A DNA stretch of 64,000 nt, from positions 96,001-160,000 of the forward strand of contig JAZNOU010000005.1 of NCBI GenBank assembly GCA_045589295.1, given 5' to 3'. Each line of letters begins with the position of its first letter. The stretch's first letter is position 1. Positions 59,819 through 64,000 of the stretch are shown here, in pieces. Position numbers and translations under genes: made by a program. Under the pieces are notes generated by a model. That model made no database searches. It was not told where the DNA came from and worked only from the letters and a program-made list of their open reading frames with translations. The stretch is from Clostridia bacterium. Its GTDB lineage: Bacteria > Bacillota > Clostridia > RGIG6154.

Positions 59819-62800
59819 ATGGCTAATAGTGATGATAGAATTCTTTTAAATTTAGTCTTAAATGAGGCAACAGTTAGCGCTGTTGAAGGCAGGATTCGTA
59901 ATCTTGTAAATAGACTAAATAATACAAGTATCAGTTTGAATATCAATGGGCGAAATCTTGATAATATCGTAAATCGCCTTAACGATATACAACAGCGAAT
60001 GCAGACGATAAATTCTACGCCTGTAAATATCAATGCTAATCTTACATCTGCGCAACAACAGCACCGCCTTGAGACGGAACGTATGCGTGTTGCACAGCAG
60101 TTAGAGTTATCAAGGCAAAGAACATTACAGACCGAAAACCAGGCTATTTCCGCTCTTGCACAGCAAAATAGAACACTGACTGTTAATAATAATGTTACTC
60201 ACCAAATTGAACAAAACACCCAAAACATAGGTAACAATATGAATGTTGCCGGAGGTCATGCAAGAGATTTTGTTGACTACCTTTCGGACGGCGTTAGATA
60301 CTTGGTTACATACAGAAGTCTTTATGCTATTATGAATCAAATCGGTGAAGCCTTTTCTGAAATGAAATCCGTCGATTCTGCCGCAATTCAGGTACGCAAA
60401 ACAACAGGTATGTCAAAAGACGAAATTGAAGCAATTAAGAAAGCATCTTATGGTGTTGCAACAGAATATGGTAGGTCGGCAAGTGAATATCTTGAATCTG
60501 TATCTGAGTTTGCACGTGCCGGATATAAACAACATAGTACAGAACTTGGAAAATTAAGTTTGCTCACACAAAACGTCGGCGATGTATCAGCAGAATCAGC
60601 CGATAAGCTTTTGATAGCGGTAGATGCTGCTTATCAGTTAGAAGGGAATGTGGCAGAGCTTACAAATGTCATAAATGCCTTAAATAACATTGCAAATAAG
60701 AATCCTACTTCTATGCAAAAGATGGCAGACGGTTTACAGGTGTCAGCATCTATGGCAAAAACCGCAGGTGTGGATATTTCTGAATTAACCGCACTAATTG
60801 GTACAGGTACGGCGGTCACTCAGCGTGAAGGCTCTGAAATTTCGAGAGCTTTAAGAACAATTTTGCTTAATATCAGGCAAGTAAAGGGTGAGCTTGATGA
60901 TGGTACTATTATTGATGAAGAATCTATTGCAAAAGCAGAAGCAGCCTTAAAAGGTGTTGGCATTTCAACAAAAGAAGTCGTTAATGGTGTGCGAGAACTA
61001 AGAAATCCTATGGAAGTTCTTGATGAACTTTCCGATAAGTGGCATACTTTGGGAACTGAAGCAAAAAGTGTTCTTACAGAAAGTATAGCAAATAAGAGAC
61101 AAGCTAATGTTCTTTCTGGTATTCTCGACAATTGGTCTATGGTAGAGAAAATGCAAAGTGAGTATTTTAACTCTGCTAATAGTGCCATTGAAGAAAATAT
61201 CTTATATCTTGAAGGATGGGAAGCGAAAAGCAAGGTAGTAAGTGCAAAGTGGACGGAATACATCTCAAATCTTGCAGATGCGAAAGTCATTACAGGAACA
61301 TTGGATGCTTTGTATGGATTGCTCACGGCACTTGATACCCCTATCGGAAGAATAGCAACTCAAATCGTACTTGTAAATACAGCATTGGCAGTTACGGGTA
61401 GATTATGGCAGCAAATCCGAGCAAGAAGTATTGTTGCAGATATTCTCTCTATGGGTGTAGCTGAAAGAAGTCTTGGAACGGCTATAGGACTTGTAACAGA
61501 ACATTTAGGTAGACAAGCATTGGCTTGGGCTTCATCACCTTTCGGTGTAGCTACAATAGCTATCTCAGGTATATCTCTACTTATTTCAGGTATCTCAAAA
61601 TACAATGAAAAACTTGAAGAATCTCGCCAAGAGATGATTGAGACCGGTAAAGAAGCAGCACAGTTAACTAAAGATCTAGACGGACTTGTTGAAGAATATC
61701 GCAAACTTGGCACAGATGGAAAGTTTGATAATTCTGACAGAGAGCAAGCAAAGAATATACAAGAACAAATAAATGAGTTGCTTGGGGATGAAGTTGGCAA
61801 TATAAACCTTGCCAACGGTAAATATGAAGACCAGTTAAAACTACTTCGTGATATACAATATGAAAAAGCAAAAGAAAAGAATTACGACTTAGAAACAGCA
61901 TATACATCTTCAAAAGAAAGTTTACTTTATAAGGCTGATAATGTAGGTGTTGGTGCTTGGGCTGCTGATTCTGAAGTAGAGGCTATTAAAAACTTAAAGT
62001 CCGAGTTAAAAGATATGGATAAGTATTTCCATGCTTATGAAGCAACTGGAAATGGTGGTGCTAATTCAGCATTCTTTAAAGTTGATACTTCTTCTGCTGA
62101 GGCAGTTGTTGAGTCTTACGAAAAGATGGTTGAGGTAAAAAGAGTTCTTGAAGATTCACACCATGACGAAATACAGGCTGGTGGAGCATTGGAGGACTTT
62201 TACAACAACCTTAAAGACGAGATAAATGATTTATCAGATGCGGTTACGAAATACAAAGATGCTATGAGTAACTACAACGTTAACCAAGCTGTAATAATGT
62301 TTAATGAGCAAACTTTCGAAGGTCTAGCTGAAGAATTTGATGGTTTAACATTTGCTACTGTAAAAACTGAAGATCAGTTGCTTGCTTTAATGACAGCAAT
62401 GATAAATCTTGATGGTGTTTCCGATGATATAAAATACAATATCATTGGTCTTGCAAGAACAAATTATCCAGAAATGTCAAAAGCTATAGATGACGCAACG
62501 GCTAAATTTGTAAGAGGCGAAATTGCAAGTGGAAATTTCAAAGGTAGTTTAGCATCTGTCGCATCTCAGTGCGGAATGGCAACAAAAGACCTTGCCACTA
62601 TGATTCTCAAGATGATAAATCTTAATGAGACCAAACTTAATCTTAGCCAGCAGATTTCTGAGATTCTGAAATTAAGGGCTGCTATGGATATGTCTGATAT
62701 TAAAGGGTCAGACATATATGATGCTGGTGGCAAATGGATTGGGAAAGATAAGTACCTTCTTGACGGCAAAGAATATACCTACAACGAAGCCATACGTAAA

Positions 62801-64000
62801 GTTGCATACGACAAGACGATGGAAGAAATCAACAAACTTGGCAATGGCAATACCAGTGGTAACACTCCTCCATACACTTCTTCTGACGACAAATCCGGCT
62901 CCGACAAAAACGAAGCACTTGACAATTACCTCAAAGACGCAGAAAGTCGTTACAAAATTCATCAAGATGAAGCTAAATACATCAATGACTTACAATGGGC
63001 TTCTGAGAACCTAACCAAGACCGACAAAGAACGTCTTGAAATAGCGGGTAAAATCAACGAAGCATATCGCGACCTTGCAGACAATCGTATTAAAGATTTA
63101 GAGCATCAAAATGAGTTATTACTTGCACAGGGTAAAACCGAGTATGATTTAATATCTAATTATAGACAGATGCAAGATGTTCTTCACGCAGAAGCCGAGA
63201 GACTTCGTGGTCAGGGCTATGATGACAACTCTAATGAAATTCAAGACCTTCAGAGCAAATGGCTTGACTACGATAAAAAGATTCTTGATGCAGACCTTGA
63301 AAACTCTAAGAAATGGATTGAGGCTCGTAAGAATTATGGCGATTGGAGCAGTTGGGGCGACAGCGAAGTTGAGGCTTGGGGACGTGTATTAAAGCGCCTC
63401 AGAGAAGAATACCCCAACGCGGTAAAAGAGATTGCTGAGATAGAAGCCGAATATCGCGACGCTGTTTTAGACGGCATAAGCAGATATTACGACGACCAAA
63501 TTGAGCAACTCGAAAAACAAAACGAGAAAATCAAAGAGAATTGGGAACTTCAGAAATCTCAATGGCAATCACTTCTTACACTTCAAGAAAAATACTTTGA
63601 AAATGCTAACTTTGTAGAAGATACTCAAGCAGACATCAGAAAAGAACTCGATGCTTCTATGACGATGTATAAGTATCTTGATGAAGATACCAGAGTGTTA
63701 TTATTCAACGAAGATGATTATATCGCTTTGAGTAACGCTTTAGAAAAATTAGATGCAGAAAACGAAGCTTTAAAAGATGCATATAAAAGTGATATTTGGT
63801 CTGCAACCGCAGAAACTATTGCAGAGGTTACTCAGCATTATGAACATCAGTTTGAGTTAAAACAAAAAGAGTATGAAATCTTAAGAGCAACGTTAGATGT
63901 TGAGAAGAAACGTACTGAACTTAACAATGTTTTAAATGAACGCAATACTAAGATGTTTATTAATGGTCAGTGGCAATGGGTTGCTAACGCAGAGGATGTT
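59819..64000 (+). CDS. Phage tail tape measure protein (TP901-type core), runs off window end
   Basis: ATG 59819 after AGGAGG; reads MANSDDRILL...VRKTTG..VSEFARAGY..NALNNIAN..VTQREGSEISRALRTI..LRNPMEVLDELSDKW; not in track because no stop is reached (1394 codons). Confidence 0.9.
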   Translation, partial: MANSDDRILLNLVLNEATVSAVEGRIRNLVNRLNNTSISLNINGRNLDNIVNRLNDIQQRMQTINSTPVNINANLTSAQQQHRLETERMRVAQQLELSRQRTLQTENQAISALAQQNRTLTVNNNVTHQIEQNTQNIGNNMNVAGGHARDFVDYLSDGVRYLVTYRSLYAIMNQIGEAFSEMKSVDSAAIQVRKTTGMSKDEIEAIKKASYGVATEYGRSASEYLESVSEFARAGYKQHSTELGKLSLLTQNVGDVSAESADKLLIAVDAAYQLEGNVAELTNVINALNNIANKNPTSMQKMADGLQVSASMAKTAGVDISELTALIGTGTAVTQREGSEISRALRTILLNIRQVKGELDDGTIIDEESIAKAEAALKGVGISTKEVVNGVRELRNPMEVLDELSDKWHTLGTEAKSVLTESIANKRQANVLSGILDNWSMVEKMQSEYFNSANSAIEENILYLEGWEAKSKVVSAKWTEYISNLADAKVITGTLDALYGLLTALDTPIGRIATQIVLVNTALAVTGRLWQQIRARSIVADILSMGVAERSLGTAIGLVTEHLGRQALAWASSPFGVATIAISGISLLISGISKYNEKLEESRQEMIETGKEAAQLTKDLDGLVEEYRKLGTDGKFDNSDREQAKNIQEQINELLGDEVGNINLANGKYEDQLKLLRDIQYEKAKEKNYDLETAYTSSKESLLYKADNVGVGAWAADSEVEAIKNLKSELKDMDKYFHAYEATGNGGANSAFFKVDTSSAEAVVESYEKMVEVKRVLEDSHHDEIQAGGALEDFYNNLKDEINDLSDAVTKYKDAMSNYNVNQAVIMFNEQTFEGLAEEFDGLTFATVKTEDQLLALMTAMINLDGVSDDIKYNIIGLARTNYPEMSKAIDDATAKFVRGEIASGNFKGSLASVASQCGMATKDLATMILKMINLNETKLNLSQQISEILKLRAAMDMSDIKGSDIYDAGGKWIGKDKYLLDGKEYTYNEAIRKVAYDKTMEEINKLGNGNTSGNTPPYTSSDDKSGSDKNEALDNYLKDAESRYKIHQDEAKYINDLQWASENLTKTDKERLEIAGKINEAYRDLADNRIKDLEHQNELLLAQGKTEYDLISNYRQMQDVLHAEAERLRGQGYDDNSNEIQDLQSKWLDYDKKILDADLENSKKWIEARKNYGDWSSWGDSEVEAWGRVLKRLREEYPNAVKEIAEIEAEYRDAVLDGISRYYDDQIEQLEKQNEKIKENWELQKSQWQSLLTLQEKYFENANFVEDTQADIRKELDASMTMYKYLDEDTRVLLFNEDDYIALSNALEKLDAENEALKDAYKSDIWSATAETIAEVTQHYEHQFELKQKEYEILRATLDVEKKRTELNNVLNERNTKMFINGQWQWVANAEDV

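Larger units (their letters stand above)
56068..64000. mobile_element. Prophage-like or satellite element bounded by the tRNA-Leu fragment (continues beyond window)
   Basis: att-like tRNA fragment, arm-like repeats, HU, HNH, gp10-like and tape-measure genes. Confidence 0.8.

Noticed and set aside
59797-63392. Short minus-strand and alternate-frame ORFs in the track
   Set aside because: All lie within the continuous plus-strand tape-measure frame; shadow ORFs.

Overview
AT-rich Firmicute (Clostridia-like) chromosome segment. Core genes: his operon with a HisZ-HisG fusion and a TrpR-like repressor (1-6.5 kb); a divergent ~14 kb cluster with three acyl-CoA ligases, a catalytically degenerate LeuA homologue, IlvE and a 2-oxoacid:ferredoxin oxidoreductase, behind a T-box and a possible leader-peptide attenuator (likely branched-chain amino acid synthesis from branched-chain fatty acids); argCJBDF with ARG boxes; copA; a Phe T-box DAHP synthase; and an amino-sugar operon. 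There are two integrated elements. (1) A ~15.9 kb island (31254-47161) with a large serine recombinase. It appears to split tRNA-Pro(CGG) in its D-loop: the junctions rebuild a 52-bp palindromic attP centred on AG. It carries an identical intact replacement tRNA, a second attL-like scar from a different tRNA-Pro, a HUH Rep and an AbiH-led putative defence operon. (2) An element starting at a tRNA-Leu(TAA) 3' fragment (56068) that reaches a >1390-codon tape-measure gene after only five genes, with no head, packaging or tail-tube genes in view. All calls come from reading motifs by eye; no database searches were run.
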